DNA of 63,512 nucleotides, filler included, from Octopus bimaculoides (taxonomy: Eukaryota), in assembly GCF_001194135.2 (NCBI RefSeq). It is 6 parts of 6 records of this genome, joined end to end, with 100 filler letters (N's around TTAATTAATTAA, not from the genome) between each part and the next. Parts side by side here need not be neighbours in the genome. Positions count along the whole stretch, not along the records: positions 32,809 to 46,137 come from NC_068999.1; positions 46,238 to 55,938 come from NC_068985.1; 4 more parts are not named here. The stretch is one strand, 5' to 3'. Below are positions 39,264-52,520 of the stretch, piece after piece. A program made the position numbers and the translations under genes. Position 1 is the stretch's first letter. The number at the start of each line of letters is the position of its first letter. The notes under the pieces were generated by a model. It was not told the DNA's origin. It did no database searches and saw only the letters and a program-made list of their open reading frames with translations.

Positions 39264-40640
39264 TCATCATCATTATCATCATTTAATGATTTAAGATCTG
39301 CTTTCCATGCTGGCAAGGATGGTGTGACAGGAGCTGGCCATCTGGGGAGCTGGCCATCTGGGGAGCTGGCCATCTGGGGAGCTGGCCATCTGAGGAGCTG
39401 CCCAGGTTCCAACTGTCTATTTTGGCATGGTTTCTACAGCTGGATGCCCTTTGTAATGCCAACTACTTCACAGAGTGTACTGGGTGCTCTTTACATGACA
39501 CTGGCACAGGCGTCTTTATGTGGCACCAGCATGGATTCTTTTATGTGGCATCAGCATGGACACTTTCATGTGACACCAGCATGAGTGTTTTTATATCACA
39601 CCAGTACCCACAAAGCCTCGATGGAAGGGCCTCTTGACTGAGAGATGGATGAAGAGGACATATCTGTATGTATGGACAGCCAAAGTTTTACTTAGCTTGA
39701 CATGTCTTCTCAAGCACAGCATCCCTCCAGAAGTCTCAGTCCTTTGTCATTTCCTCTGGGAAGCCCTTGGAAATCCTTTCTCACTACTTTGTCCCACATC
39801 TTAGGTCTACTCTGCCACAAGTTTCCTCCACAATTAGAGATCAACACTTTTTTATGCAGTTGTCCTCATCCATATACATCACATAACCATGCAGTCTTCT
39901 CTCTTACACCCTACAACTAATGCCTCTTATACTTAATTTTTCTCTCAAACCATTTACATTCAGTCATACTGACATTACCTATCCAGCAGAGCATGCTAAC
40001 TTCATTTCCTTCAAGCCTTTGCATGTCCTCTAAAGTCATAGCCCATGTTTCACTACCATCTAACATATCTGTACATACACAGGCATCATACAATCTGCCC
40101 TTCACTCTGAGGGAGAGATCCTTTGTTCCCAACAAAGGTAGTAGCTCTCTAAACTTTGCCCAGCTTGTTCTTATTCAAGTAACTACACTTTCAGAACTTC
40201 TTCCTTCACAGCTAAGTAGGTGGCCTAGGTAATGGAAATATCTACTACTTCTAAGGATCCCTCCAGACATTTGAGGAAGTCTATTCTCTGTACATTATTA
40301 GTGCTTACTGTACCGGCATATCTGACTACTACTAAGACTATTTTTTATGTTAACCTGCACATGATATCACTACATTTTTATGTGTCCATAGCTTGCACTG
40401 GATACACCATATGGAGTTTCTACCAACACCTTCCTACATATCAAGCAGAACCATCTCCTTAAAAGGATTTGAGATTTGTCTGTCTTCTTACATACTAGGA
40501 GTTTCGTCTTAGCTAAATTAACTTTAAGGCCCTTAGATTACATACCTTACTTCTGCACCTGAAATTTTCTCTCTAATTCAGGTGGTGATTCAGCTATAAA
40601 AACAAGATCATCAGCATAGAAGAAAGTTGTCAGAAGTTAG
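39264..40640 (-). mobile_element. RTE LINE copy of the same family as 14945-17005
   Basis: Motifs FYADDL, GVGRNSIWCIQCKLWTH and LRVKGRLYDACV..DGSETW are present. The (GAT)n tail lies at the 39264 end. Confidence 0.8.
39330..39400. repeat. 16-bp tandem repeat GGAGCTGGCCATCTGG, four copies plus a partial, inside the RTE tail
   Basis: Units start at 39330, 39346, 39362 and 39378. Confidence 0.9.
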
Positions 40641-41224
40641 TAAAATACTTTTTACTATTACTTATTAGCTTAAAAACTGACTTTTAAGCACAGGGCTAAC
40701 TGGGCCTGCAGCCCAAAACTGAAAAAAGCTAAATAGCATGACTATAATACATCTATAATGACTATATGCCCCTGTGGTGTTTGATCAGGAGTTAACGATG
40801 AATGAGAATTAATTCTGTAATGCAATCGTTCTATTGTTCCAGTCCTGATCTGAATTCCAGCTTGGCCAATTTAGCCAATTTGAATTCCAGCATTGGCTAA
40901 TTTGTTCCAAAGTTCTTATCTCAACGTAAAATTAATGAAGCTAATGTCATTTATCTCCCCCTTGATCTCTGACATCCTCTGACAAACACCAACCAAGATG
41001 GCATGAATCAGCCAAGTTTTACCTGCTAGAAATAGTGACTCAAATGCTTTTAAATCAGATCTCAATGCTTAGATGTTCAAGAACCAAATGAAGGGCAGAT
41101 CTTCAATCCCAGGATCATCCCGATTCCAAAAAATTATAATATGTCTATGTTGAGCAAATGTAGAGTGAGAAACAGGGGTTCAGACAAACAGAATTTCATA
41201 TTTATTATTATAGAGATAGAGACA

Positions 41225-41580
41225 GTGAGTTGGCAGAATCATTACCACATCAGACAAAATGCTTAGCAACATTTCTTCCAGCATTATGTTCCAAGTTCAA
41301 ATTCTACTAAGGTTGACTTAACCTTTCATCCTTTTGGGATCGATAAAATAAGTACCAGTGGAGCACTGGAGTCAATGCAATTGCCTCTCCTCCTCCTCCC
41401 ACAAAATTTCAGACCTTATTCCTATAGTAGAAAGAATAATTAATTATCATATATTACACTGAGGTTGACTTTGTCTTTCATCTTTTTGAGGTGGATAAAA
41501 TAAGAATTAGTTAAGGTCTGGGGTCGATGCAATCGACTAGACCTCCTCCCCACAAATTTCAGGCCTTGTGTCTATAGTAG
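41225..41580 (+). mobile_element. Tandem SINE fragments (second family)
   Basis: Two copies of the gttgactt..ctttcatc..gataaaataag core. Confidence 0.65.
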
Positions 41581-42384
41581 AAATAATTTTTACTAATCAT
41601 TTTCTTTCAGCACTTTCATTCCTGATGGAAGTTTTCAAAAGTTGGAGGATATTAAATATATTGCTTCATATATGAATATGTAACAGATGTCAACTGTTTA
41701 TTGAAAAAATGCCAGGAATTCAAATACTTTTGATAAATTTATTTACTTTTGTTTGGGGGTTGTATAAAGAATGTTTGAGAGTGGCCTATGAAGAGTGGTA
41801 TTTTTGTCCATAAAAGCCAGCCATTTATTGATTTCATGGTATATAGGAAATGTCAGCTGTTTATTGAAGAATGAGACAAGGAACAAGAGATTTCTGGCTG
41901 GTTATTTTGATGACAAGTCAGTTCAGAAATGTCTAGCTGTTTATTAATTTCAATATATTGTTGGTTTTAATCTGGAGATGTCATTGAACAGTCTTAAATA
42001 TTTGTATGTATGTACGTGTGTGTGGTGATTGTTTAAAAATTTGTGTTAGTAACAAAAGCAACATCATCATGAATATCTGATGTTGACTTAGTTTGGTTCA
42101 TCTGGAAAAATTATTTTTGATAAAATTTTCCATGTTTCTATAAATATGATACAAGTTTAATTATGGAGCAAATGTTTCATAAAATGTTTTTACATTTTGT
42201 TCTGATATTTTGAACCATTCCTTGGGAAAATCTTGAATTTATTGTTTCTGTGGAAAGACGTTTTTCTCAATGAGATCTTTTGAAATTCAGCTTCCTCCGA
42301 AATTCATCTTTGTTTGTGTTCTTGCTCATTCACAAAGCGTTTCCAGTCTGACTGATGAAATTTTCTTCGTAGATGGGGCATAGA

Positions 42385-42584
42385 TGCAGCCATGCTGGAG
42401 CACCACTTTTAGTTGAACAAATTTATCCAGGACTTATTCTTTGCAAGCCTAGTACTTATTCTATCAGTCTCTTTTGCCAAACCGCTAAGTTACAGGGACA
42501 TAATCACACCAACATTGGTTGTCAAGCGATGGTGCGGGGACAAACACAGAGACATGAATATATACATACATACATATATATATG

Positions 42585-42590
<6 letters not shown>
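42385..42590 (-). mobile_element. CORE-type SINE 3' half, running into a (TA)n gap
   Basis: The family tail gccatgctggagcacc...ggttgtcaagcgatg is present. Confidence 0.75.
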
Positions 42591-42617
<27 letters not shown>

Positions 42618-43056
42618 NNNNNNNNNNNNNNNNNNNNNNNNNNNNNNNNNNNNNNNNNNNNNNNNNNNNNNNNNNNNNNNNNNNNNNNNNNNNNNNNNNN
42701 NNNNNNNNNNNNNNNNNNNNNNNNNNNNNNNNNNNNNNNNNNNNNNNNNNNNNNNNNNNNNNNNNNNNNNNNNNNNNNNNNNNNNNNNNNNNNNNNNNNN
42801 NNNNNNNNNNNNNNNNNNNNNNNNNNNNNNNNNNNNNNNNNNNNNNNNNNNNNNNNNNNNNNNNNNNNNNNNNNNNNNNNNNNNNNNNNNNNNNNNNNNN
42901 NNNNNNNNNNNNNNNNNNNNNNNNNNNNNNNNNNNNNNNNNNNNNNNNNNNNNNNNNNNNNNNNNNNNNNNNNNNNNNNNNNNNNNNNNNNNNNNNNNNN
43001 NNNNNNNNNNNNNNNNNNNNNNNNNNNNNNNNNNNNNNNNNNNNNNNNNNNNNNNN

Positions 43057-43226
43057 NGCACCCACTACACTCTCTGAGTGGTTGGCGTTAGGAAGGGCAT
43101 CCAGCTGTAGAAACTCTGCCAAATCAGACTGGAGCCTGGTGTTGCCATCCGGTTTCACCAGTCCTCAGTCAAATCGTCCAACCCATGCTAGCATGGAAAG
43201 CGGACGTTAAACGATGATGGTGATGA
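43057..43226 (+). mobile_element. RTE LINE 3' tail
   Basis: gttggcgttaggaagggcatccagc...cggacgttaaacgatgatg, as at 16915-17000. Confidence 0.75.
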
Positions 43227-43346
43227 TTCAAAAGTCTTAGTTTTGGTGCGGAATCACATTTCTCAAAGTTGGTAAATTCAAAGCAGAAATTATTTTCTGC
43301 AGAGATATTTTCCGGATTCAGCGCGCCAAAACTAAGACTTTTGAAT
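43226..43346. mobile_element. Small MITE (121 bp) with 25-bp TIRs
   Basis: ATTCAAAAGTCTTAGTTTTGGTGCG on the left and CGCGCCAAAACTAAGACTTTTGAAT on the right, with one mismatch. Confidence 0.7.
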
Positions 43347-44214
43347 TTTAATCTTTATAATGGATAGAATCACGTACACGTTTTCACTGGTTGAAGACAA
43401 CTACCACGAGATTCTGTTCGATTATAGGAATATCGGCAATCTGTACTGAAGATAAATAGATATTTTAATTTGGAAGTATTGATTTTGAAACTATAGTCTG
43501 CAGATAATCGAGGTATGTACAATTTTCACTGGTCTAGCCCGCCTGCTTTTGCTCCGCTGAATCCGTATTTGAGAATTTTTTAAGTGAGCTTCTTCTAGCA
43601 TATTGACAGACCGGTCACTGGTCAATCTTATATACACAAGTACTATAATCTTTTTAGGATCTCTAAAAAAATTTTTTCCTGAGCCTTCTGATTCTTTTAA
43701 TGTGCTAGTTTCCTGGTATTAAATTGATATTAATTAATATCGAATTTTTACCATATTATGTTAATATATATATGTATGTATGTATATAGGTAACAGGTTT
43801 NNNNNNNNNNNNNNNNNNNNNNNNNNNNNNNNNNNNNNNNNNNNNNNNNNNNNNNNNNNNNNNNNNNNNNNNNNNNNNNNNNNNNNNNNNNNNNNNNNNN
43901 NNNNNNNNNNNNNNNNNNNNNNNNNNNNNNNNNNNNNNNNNNNNNNNNNNNNNNNNNNNNNNNNNNNNNNNNNNNNNNNNNNNNNNNNNNNNNNNNNNNN
44001 NNNNNNNNNNNNNNNNNNNNNNNNNNNNNNNNNNNNNNNNNNNNNNNNNNNNNNNNNNNNNNNNNNNNNNNNNNNNNNNNNNNNNNNNNNNNNNNNNNNN
44101 NNNNNNNNNNNNNNNNNNATATATATATATGTATATGTATGTATATGTATATCTATACACACACACACACACTCACACGCATGCACGCTCGTGCGCGCAC
44201 ACACACACACACAT

Positions 44215-45060
44215 TATCATCATCATTTAATACCTAATTTCCATACTGGCATGGTTAGATGGTTTGACAAGAACCAGAGGACTTTGCCAAGCTCCACTCT
44301 CTACTTTGGCATGATTTCTATGACTGGATTCCCTTCCTAATGCCAACCACTTTACAGATTGAACTGGAGGCTTTTTACATGACACCAGTACCAGCAAGGT
44401 CACTTGCATGACAAAGATCCTTTGAGGGGAGGGTGGCATTGAAAGAGGTGGCTTTGTGCCAGGTGATGAGAGGTTAGAGTATGACAGGACAGAAACAGGT
44501 GTCCTTCTATAGAGGAGATACATGGTTACCCTAGTCGGAGTGAGGGGAGAGAGAGAGAGATAGACAGAGACAGCTGGGATGGAATGAGAGAGAGCAGGAG
44601 AGAGAGAGAGGGAGGTGATGTGCCAACGCATATTCTTAAAGTACAAGGACATGAATATGAATAGGACGGTAGAAGATTGCTCAGGGTGTGTGAGTAGGGA
44701 TTTCACATGAATGCAAAGGGGGAATGGTGGAATGCAGTGACTGATAATACACAGATATATAGGTGGGATGACACGATAGCAATGATACAAGTGGGAGGTC
44801 AAGGAGAGAAGACTAAGCTGCAGAAGTGGGGATGGAGAGATAAACATAGTATATGAAGAAGAGATGTGAAGAAGAGGAGATGTAGTTTGGTGTATTTTGG
44901 TAAACTGTGTGAAAAATTTAATGTTACATGGGGGGAGAACACACAGCACTTCCAGAACACAGTTTCACTGAGGTGGGCGGGTCTTCTCAAGAACCCCATA
45001 TCAGTAATCATCACAGTCCAATGCCATCTCCTCCATGTGGCCCAACATTTTGAGATTGGC
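44215..45060 (-). mobile_element. RTE LINE 3' portion (tail, purine-rich UTR strand, RT end)
   Basis: Mirror image of the layout at 15950-17005. Confidence 0.65.
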
Positions 45061-45839
45061 ACTCACTACTTCACCCCATATCTACGTGAGTCTCCCCCTT
45101 CCAATAGGGCCGTATATTTTAAGTTACTAGCTAATCTTTATACAGCATATATAATTTATGCATAATAAAAATAGATGAATGGATTATCTGGTATTGCTAC
45201 ATTGTTTCATTTAGAGTTTTTTTTATTTTGGTACATGCATAATACAATTAGTTGGATTGTGTAATACATTACATAACTTCCAATTCATTAGGCAGTCAGG
45301 TAAATAGGTGAGCAACATCTTGTTGATTAATCAGCAGATTATCAGCAAGTGAAATTTCTAATCAGAATACCAACATTTAAGAAATTTAAGGTGGGTGCAA
45401 CTCCAAGCAGTCAGTCAAACAAGAAAAGATAGTAGAATAAGGTCATAAATATAATGATAGCTGGGGGTATTGAGATCTTTAAGAATTCATTAAACTAAGC
45501 AAATTCATCTACAAAGATGAGTAGAAGCAGAATTTATCCAGATACAGTAGATAGTAGATGTCAAGCAAACATTTAACCCTCTCCTAAAAGAAAACATTAA
45601 TCATACTATATCATTTTACAGCCAGCATTATCTTTTCATTTACTCAATTAATCATGATAAAAGTTGAGAGGGGAATAGAGGATGAGGAGAAAAAGGAAAA
45701 TAAATAATACAACAAAATAAGATCAATGAAGTAGAGAGAAAAAACGCAAGAAAAAAACAAAGAAAAATAGAGAAAAACTATAGAGAATTAGTCCACATGA
45801 CTGGAAGACTGATCAGCATAAACAAACAAATAAATAAAT

Positions 45840-46137
45840 GTGTGTCTAAATAAAAATAACCATAGCGAGGGACATTCCACGGTTGAATTAGAACAGTCAC
45901 AAACAGTGATAGGCGTGAAGAAGACAAAGATTAAGTGGCCGAAAGCAAATGACGCAGCAAGTTATAAAAAATTCGGCAACGAGGTATCAAGAATGACCAC
46001 CAAATTCAAAGGCGACGACGAACAAAAGCTCGAGAACCTGGCTTATACAATCTACCAGGAAGGAGAGAAAAGATTTGGACCGGAAACAACAGGGAAGGTA
46101 GAATCACCGGCAGAGAGTGGACCATCGAAGAGAGAAA
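45840..46137 (+). mobile_element. Fragment of a HERO-like (RLE-type) non-LTR retrotransposon ORF, upstream of the RT
   Basis: KIKWPKANDAASYKKF...KLENLAYTIYQEGEKRFG...PSKRE resembles the IKWP..N / IY..G.ERFG / RRE region of HERO-clade elements (from memory). It is cut by the linker gap. Confidence 0.6.
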
Positions 46138-46237
46138 NNNNNNNNNNNNNNNNNNNNNNNNNNNNNNNNNNNNNNNNNNNNTTAATTAATTAANNNNNNN
46201 NNNNNNNNNNNNNNNNNNNNNNNNNNNNNNNNNNNNN

Positions 46238-46517
46238 TCTCTCTGTGAAAGTATCTGTCACTACAGTATCGAAATGTGATTGTTTCAGTTAGTGGAATAG
46301 TTTCATTTTTAAAGTGAAAGTATTTGACATGAGTGTTTTTGTTTCGCTTTTGACTCGTAATACTTAAATAGTGGAGGAGATATTATGTTGCCGTGTGCTC
46401 GAACTCTGCAAGAAGTTAATAATTTTTTTTGACTAAAACACAACTGGAACCCTAAGTAAGGCATGTGTAAAATTTGAATGAAATTGGTTGCGTAGTTCTC
46501 GAGTTTTAGGGATTCAC

Positions 46518-46548
<31 letters not shown>

Positions 46549-46574
46549 CACATTCTCATTTTTATATATATAGA
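46238..46574 (-). mobile_element. Non-autonomous Helitron-like element, 5' end
   Basis: Minus strand begins a|TCTATATATATAAAAATGAGAATGTGTGTC(TGTC)n...AAAACTCGAGAACTACGCAACCAATTTCATTCAAATTTTACACATG. This is the layout of Lep1/HINE-type Helitron derivatives. The 3' hairpin and CTAG end are not visible because of the gap. Confidence 0.65.
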
Positions 46575-46670
46575 TATGCGTATGCGTGTGTATATATACA
46601 ATATATATATGTATATTATAAATAATATATATATATAGGTGTGTATGTTTATGTTTACACACACACAAAT

Positions 46671-46701
<31 letters not shown>

Positions 46702-46769
46702 CATATGTGTATGTATGTATGTATGTATGTATGTATGTATGTATGTATAAAACACATCCCATTCATGAG

Positions 46770-46920
46770 TATTTCTCCAGCCCGTCACAGTATGTCGTCT
46801 GCTTGAAAATGGCGGCTCATACAATTGACCGTGACCACCCTCGCAGACATATGTTGCACTGTAGAAAATTTCTGTCGCCAGAACCACAATAAACATCATC
46901 GTCAGCAATTACAGCGACGA
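46770..46920. promoter_or_regulatory. CpG-rich patch with an exact YY1-type motif
   Basis: AAAATGGCGGC at 46806-46816 sits in unique CpG-containing sequence, upstream of the SLC5 exons on the minus strand. Confidence 0.3.
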
Positions 46921-47184
46921 TGACAAAAGGAAAAAACAGCCACCACCACCACAACCGCAACAACAACAACAACAACAACAACAAAACTTATTACCAAATG
47001 CCTGGTCTTGTCACAGAACAATAACACGAATAAGAAAAAAAATTGAGCCACCAACAATACCTGGAACAATCAATCATCATCATCATTGCAAAGGATAAAA
47101 GGAAAGGAAGCTATTAATATATATTTAATAAACATAGAGTATATACTGTGTATATATATATATTACTTTATTCTTTTATTCTTT

Positions 47185-47340
47185 TACTTCTTTCAGTCAT
47201 TTGACTGCGGCCATGCTGGAGCTCCGCCTTTAGTCGAGCAAATCGACCCCAGGACTGATTCTTTGTAAGCCTAGTACTTATTCTATCGGTTCTTTTGCCG
47301 AACCGCTAAGTTACGGGGGGGCATAAACACACCAACGTTT
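47185..47340 (-). mobile_element. CORE-type SINE 3' half
   Basis: The family tail is followed by (CA)n and a gap. Confidence 0.75.
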
Positions 47341-47958
47341 ACACATACATACATACACACACACACACGCNNNNNNNNNNNNNNNNNNNNNNNNNNNNNN
47401 NNNNNNNNNNNNNNNNNNNNNNNNNNNNNNNNNNNNNNNNNNNNNNNNNNNNNNNNNNNNNNNNNNNNNNNNNNNNNNNNNNNNNNNNNNNNNNNNNNNN
47501 NNNNNNNNNNNNNNNNNNNNNNNNNNNNNNNNNNNNNNNNNNNNNNNNNNNNNNNNNNNNNNNNNNNNNNNNNNNNNNNNNNNNNNNNNNNNNNNNNNNN
47601 NNNNNNNNNNNNNNNNNNNNNNNNNNNNNNNNNNNNNNNNNNNNNNNNNNNNNNNNNNNNNNNNNNNNNNNNNNNNNNNNNNNNNNNNNNNNNNNNNNNN
47701 NNNNNNNNNNNNNNNNNNNNNNNNNNNNNNNNNNNNNNNNNNNNNNNNNNNNNNNNNNNNNNNNNNNNNNNNNNNNNNNNNNNNNNNNNNNNNNNNNNNN
47801 NNNNNNNNNNNNNNNNNNNNNNNNNNNNNNNNNNNNNNNNNNNNNNNNNNNNNNNNNNNNNNNNNNNNNNNNNNNNNNNNNNNNNNNNTATATATAAATA
47901 TTTATTAAATACATATAATTAATAAATACATGTATATATGCATACATATATATATATA

Positions 47959-47994
<36 letters not shown>

Positions 47995-48898
47995 CATTAT
48001 TATACACACGTATACATGCATATATGTGTGTGTGCGCATGCGTATATTTCAACAAGGAAAGTTTGGGTGGAGAAAGATGATTAATAATTGAAGAAAATGA
48101 AAAAAAAGAAAAAGAAAAAGAAAAACCAATAATGACACTGAGCGGTAGGATGGAAAATAGAAAAAAAGAAAATTGAAAAAAAGGAAGAAAGAATGAAACG
48201 AATAAAGAAATAAGTAAGTAAGAAAGAAAGCGAATGAATGCACTGTAAAAGGACAAAGAAGGAAATGAATGAGACGAAACATAAAGAAATGGAAATGAAT
48301 AAAAATTACAAAGAAAATAAAAGTAAAAGAAAAAAAGAAGGTAATATAGGTGAGTAATGAAAATAGTGTTTAGGCACAGGGCTAAGAATTTTGAGGGGAT
48401 GGGGTTAATCGATACCACTGACTCCTGTTCTTGACAATTCCTACTTTATTCCTACTTTATTGACCCGGTTGGATGAAAGGCAAAATTTAGTTCAAGAAGG
48501 TTTGATTTTAAAACGTAAATAATGTTGGTATGTTTATGTCCCTGCCACTTAGCGGTTCGGCAAAAAAGACAGATAGAATAAATACTAGGCTGAGTAAAAA
48601 AGAAAAAAAAATTAAGTACTGGGATCGATTCATTCGACTAAAAATTCTTCAAGGCGGTGCTGAAGAATGACCGCAGTCTAATGACTAAAACAAATACAAG
48701 ATACAAGATCCTGGTTTCTTTTGAAGGCACAAAGCTTGTAATTTTGAGGGAAGAGGATTAGTCGATAATAAAATAAATTGACTCCTATTTCATATTATTG
48801 ATCCTGAGATGAAAGGTACTGTTGACCTCAACAGGATTTCAACTGAAAACATAAAGCCGGAAGATATACTGTAATATGTTTTGTCCGACTGTCTAGTG

Positions 48899-49186
48899 CA
48901 GTGGTTCTCAAAGTGGGCAGTACTTCCCCCTTTGGGGGCGGTGGAAAGATCAAGATGGGGTGGTTGAAAAGAGTGGGATGATTATGGGGTGGCCAAAATG
49001 GGGTGATAGATTGTAAGAAAAAAATGAATTGGTTAATTAGCTTTAAGTTTTATTTGTGCAATATAGTTGTTTTGAATTTGCTGCAGAAAGTGGTCTATAA
49101 TTGTGGTGGGGAGGGCGAGGGGGAACTAGGAATGTGGCCTGGGTGCTAAGGGTGCGACAGCGTGAAAAAAAATTTGGGAACTATTA
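48899..49186. mobile_element. hAT/Charlie-like MITE remnant
   Basis: The left end CAGTGGTTCTCAAA follows GTCTAGTG, which resembles a Charlie-type target site. The right end TTTGGGAACTATT is degenerate. Confidence 0.5.
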
Positions 49187-51057
49187 TTGCAGTGCATGGC
49201 CTAATTGTTACGGTGTTAGATCTTGAGATCAAGGACTTGACGTTTCCTAACCCTAACCCTGAATAGGACTCCAGTCTATCTCAGAGCTTACTTTCCTTAT
49301 ATTACAGCTGAATGGATTGGATCAAAGTGAAAATAAGTGTGTTACTCTAGAACACAACGCTCCGGGACATAACGTATCGGGGCGGGACGTTACGTCTTAG
49401 TGCAAAACAATTGATTTCATATTGCTGCGGTTCACTCATCTGTAAACTTGACAGCAACAAAATTTGAGCGCAAAACGTAGAAACGGTAAAAACGTTGGCT
49501 TCAAATTTTGGTACAAGGATAACAATTTTGGGGCTCAACAAGAACTATTAAGCTTTCTTTACTGGCCGCAAGGGCAGTTCACAAAACAAGAGGACAATGC
49601 AAAACAAAGGAAACAGAGGATTTACATAAAATACGTGTAAACAATAAAAACAATAACAATTAACTATAAAATTATAACAATAAAATTCTCCAATTGCGGG
49701 AAGTACTATCCAGAGGCGACTAAGGAATCCCACGGATCCTGAATCACTCTGCTTACCAGGTGCACCATGATAAGTGCTCCCCCATTCCTTCGTAAATTTC
49801 CACCTACAGACATATCCTTAGAGTACGTGTATCTAATCGAGCCATTCTCACTACATTCGCCCACCCTTCAACAAATTTACTGGGAGTTAGTATCTACCTC
49901 ACCCTCACTTTCCTTTCCAATCGGAATACAATAAATTTAATGGGAGTTTCGCCGAAGAGGAATGTACCTGTCTTCAGCCTTTTCAGTCGCGTTTACCATA
50001 CAACCTTTCTCGTCATAGACACAAGACAGAAAAACTACCTCTTCACCCTAAGTCAATGGAAGGAGGTGAGGTGATGTTTACCATAAAGTCAGCCGATAGC
50101 CGAATCCGTCCTACGCATGACAGCATACGGTTGACATACGATATATAATAACAATTCTACTTTCAATTATGTTATGAAGCTAGTTATTCAAGCTCTAATT
50201 TCATTACAATTACATGAATCATTAGACTACTTTTTTTTAATGAAAATTGTGATATTAGTTTGGTTGCTAAAAAGCACTATAAGCACACGAAAATGATAAT
50301 CATGTTGCTTTTTAAAGACGAGTATAATTTTATGTTGTAGTAGTCTCATCTCAAGAAGGAGACCTATCTTGCCGCCATCGCCTAAAGACTTGCAATGTTC
50401 GTAATCAAAGAGAAGTTACATTTATGTGTATTGGCACTCCTCATTTAGAAATGTTTGTCATTTAAGAAAACAAACATTTAAACTGTATGTTTTATTGTTT
50501 GTTGTTTCCATATTGGAAACAAGAGAAAAGCACTAATAAGATGATGAATAATAGTGCAATGATAACAAATAGCAACAGTGAGATACCGCCTACCACTTAT
50601 ACCAATGTTGAAATTGATAGGAAAATGATAAAATAACAAATGAGAGAGGAAAAAGAGAACAATTTGCATTACAAATAACTGTTAAATGGAAGGTTTGTTT
50701 TTATTCGTATTATTTTTAATTTATACGTCTGTCAAAGTTCTTTCGCCTCACATTCTATGACCTCATCAGTGACTTTCTGCTTCTTAATCTAGATGTTCGG
50801 ACCTTCTCTGTGTATTTCTTCGGCATGTTACATTGTGGTGGAATTCTACACTAGATGTTGCTCCCTTGCACATATGTCCTTACATTCCGATCTGTAACTG
50901 CTGTTCTGATGATTCGATGTACGTCTCACCGCATTAACAAGTTATGTTTTGAATAGCATTGGTTTTTAAGTATAATGATCGAACGCTGTCTACTAATTAA
51001 TCTTCTGATGATTAGACTCAGCTAAAACAGTATTATTCTTGTGTTATTTTGCTAGAT

Positions 51058-51378
51058 ATTCCCAGACCGGGCGTTGTGAGTGTTTATTGAGCGAAAACAC
51101 CTAAAGTTTCACAAGGCTCCGGCAGGGGTGGGGGAGGCTAACCCTTTTGTACTCCTTCACCACAACTTTCTCTCACTCTTTCTTCCTGTTTCCTTTGTAC
51201 CTGTATTTCAAAGGGTCAGCCTTGTTACACTGTGTCACGCTGAATATCCCCGAGAACTACGTTAAGGGTACACGTGTCTGTGGAGTGCTCAGCCACTTGC
51301 ACGTTAATTTCACGAGCAGGCTGTTCCGTTGATCGGATCAACTGGAACCCTCATCGTCGTAACTGACGGAGTGCCAAC
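51058..51378 (+). mobile_element. 5'-truncated tRNA-derived SINE (third family) with a 13-bp TSD
   Basis: TATTTTGCTAGAT occurs at 51045-51057 and 51379-51391. The body is nearly identical to 52580-52900. Confidence 0.9.
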
Positions 51379-51736
51379 TATTTTGCTAGATCGATGATAG
51401 GCTTGGTTTAAGAGAATAACTGTCCTATCATTCTGACAAGAAGGTCAGACTCTTTTAGGCTGCTTCTTGATCAGTTGTCCATTTGCTGTCCATAGTATGG
51501 CTGGCTACAGTAAAACAAATTCTTTTATTCGACAATTTATCTTTCTCTCTTTGTTTCTTTTCAGTTCTGTCACTCTCTCTACCTTCTATGCGTCAGTCTG
51601 ATACCGGCATCAAGTAATTTGCTATGGTCTGTGTATTTGTGCCATCCCACGCGGCACACATTTATTTCACAAAACGGAGTTCATACTCTCCAGGAGACAA
51701 AATCTTTCCGAAGTTTTTTTTCCGTATGGAGCTTAC

Positions 51737-51776
51737 CTGTTTCGTCGCATTTATCTGTGCGGCGGAAAAGTGCAAT
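51737..51776 (-). other. Possible 40-nt exon (UTR or coding)
   Basis: Minus strand reads ctttctcgttccag|ATTGCAC...GACGAAACAG|gtaagc in unique, CpG-containing sequence. No recognisable homology. Confidence 0.25.
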
Positions 51777-52110
51777 CTGGAACGAGAAAGATGTCCGTCT
51801 TGGGTTCTTTCTCGAAGAATATATAGAAGTAAAAAGGGTTAATAAATCCAGGTATATATCTACAAGGGACTCGGTGTTAAACGAATTTGGTTAACTGTAT
51901 CAAACAATCAGATACCAATAAACACAGGTACAATAAGCATATTCTTGTTATTATATAAATATATATAGACCAAGATTGCTGTCTATATATGTGTGTGTGT
52001 GTGTGTGTTATCGATTTCTTTGTAGCGTGAAACTGGAAGCAATGATTTGTAAATTACTTTTTATTTCATTTTTTTTTTTTTTTTACAATATGTAATTAAA
52101 CACCCACATC

Positions 52111-52145
<35 letters not shown>

Positions 52146-52520
52146 TTATGATTGAAACCACCATTGTCCTTAACTTACATTTTCTTTACCGTCGTTCCCC
52201 CCCCTACCCCCTTCTTGTCTATGTAATTTCTTATGAATATTGTTAAGTAGTGCGAAATTATTAACAGGCATAGAGCAAGTGATGTTCGTAACAAAAGAAT
52301 GCACACACACATACACAAACACACACACACACACACTTACACATGCACACACTTACACATGCATACGTGTACACAGACATATATAGGATATGAGAACAAT
52401 ATGAAAAGAAAGAAAACAAAGACCGGGACACAATCTTCTTTTTAATCAAACCTGTTCAATAGTAAACCTATAAACAGTATACAAAAATACATAAAAACAA
52501 TGCAACTCACTCTCTCTGTG

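Noticed and set aside
49245-49262. CCTAACCCTAACCCTGA telomere-like repeat
   Set aside because: Only about two and a half units, which is expected by chance or within repeats.
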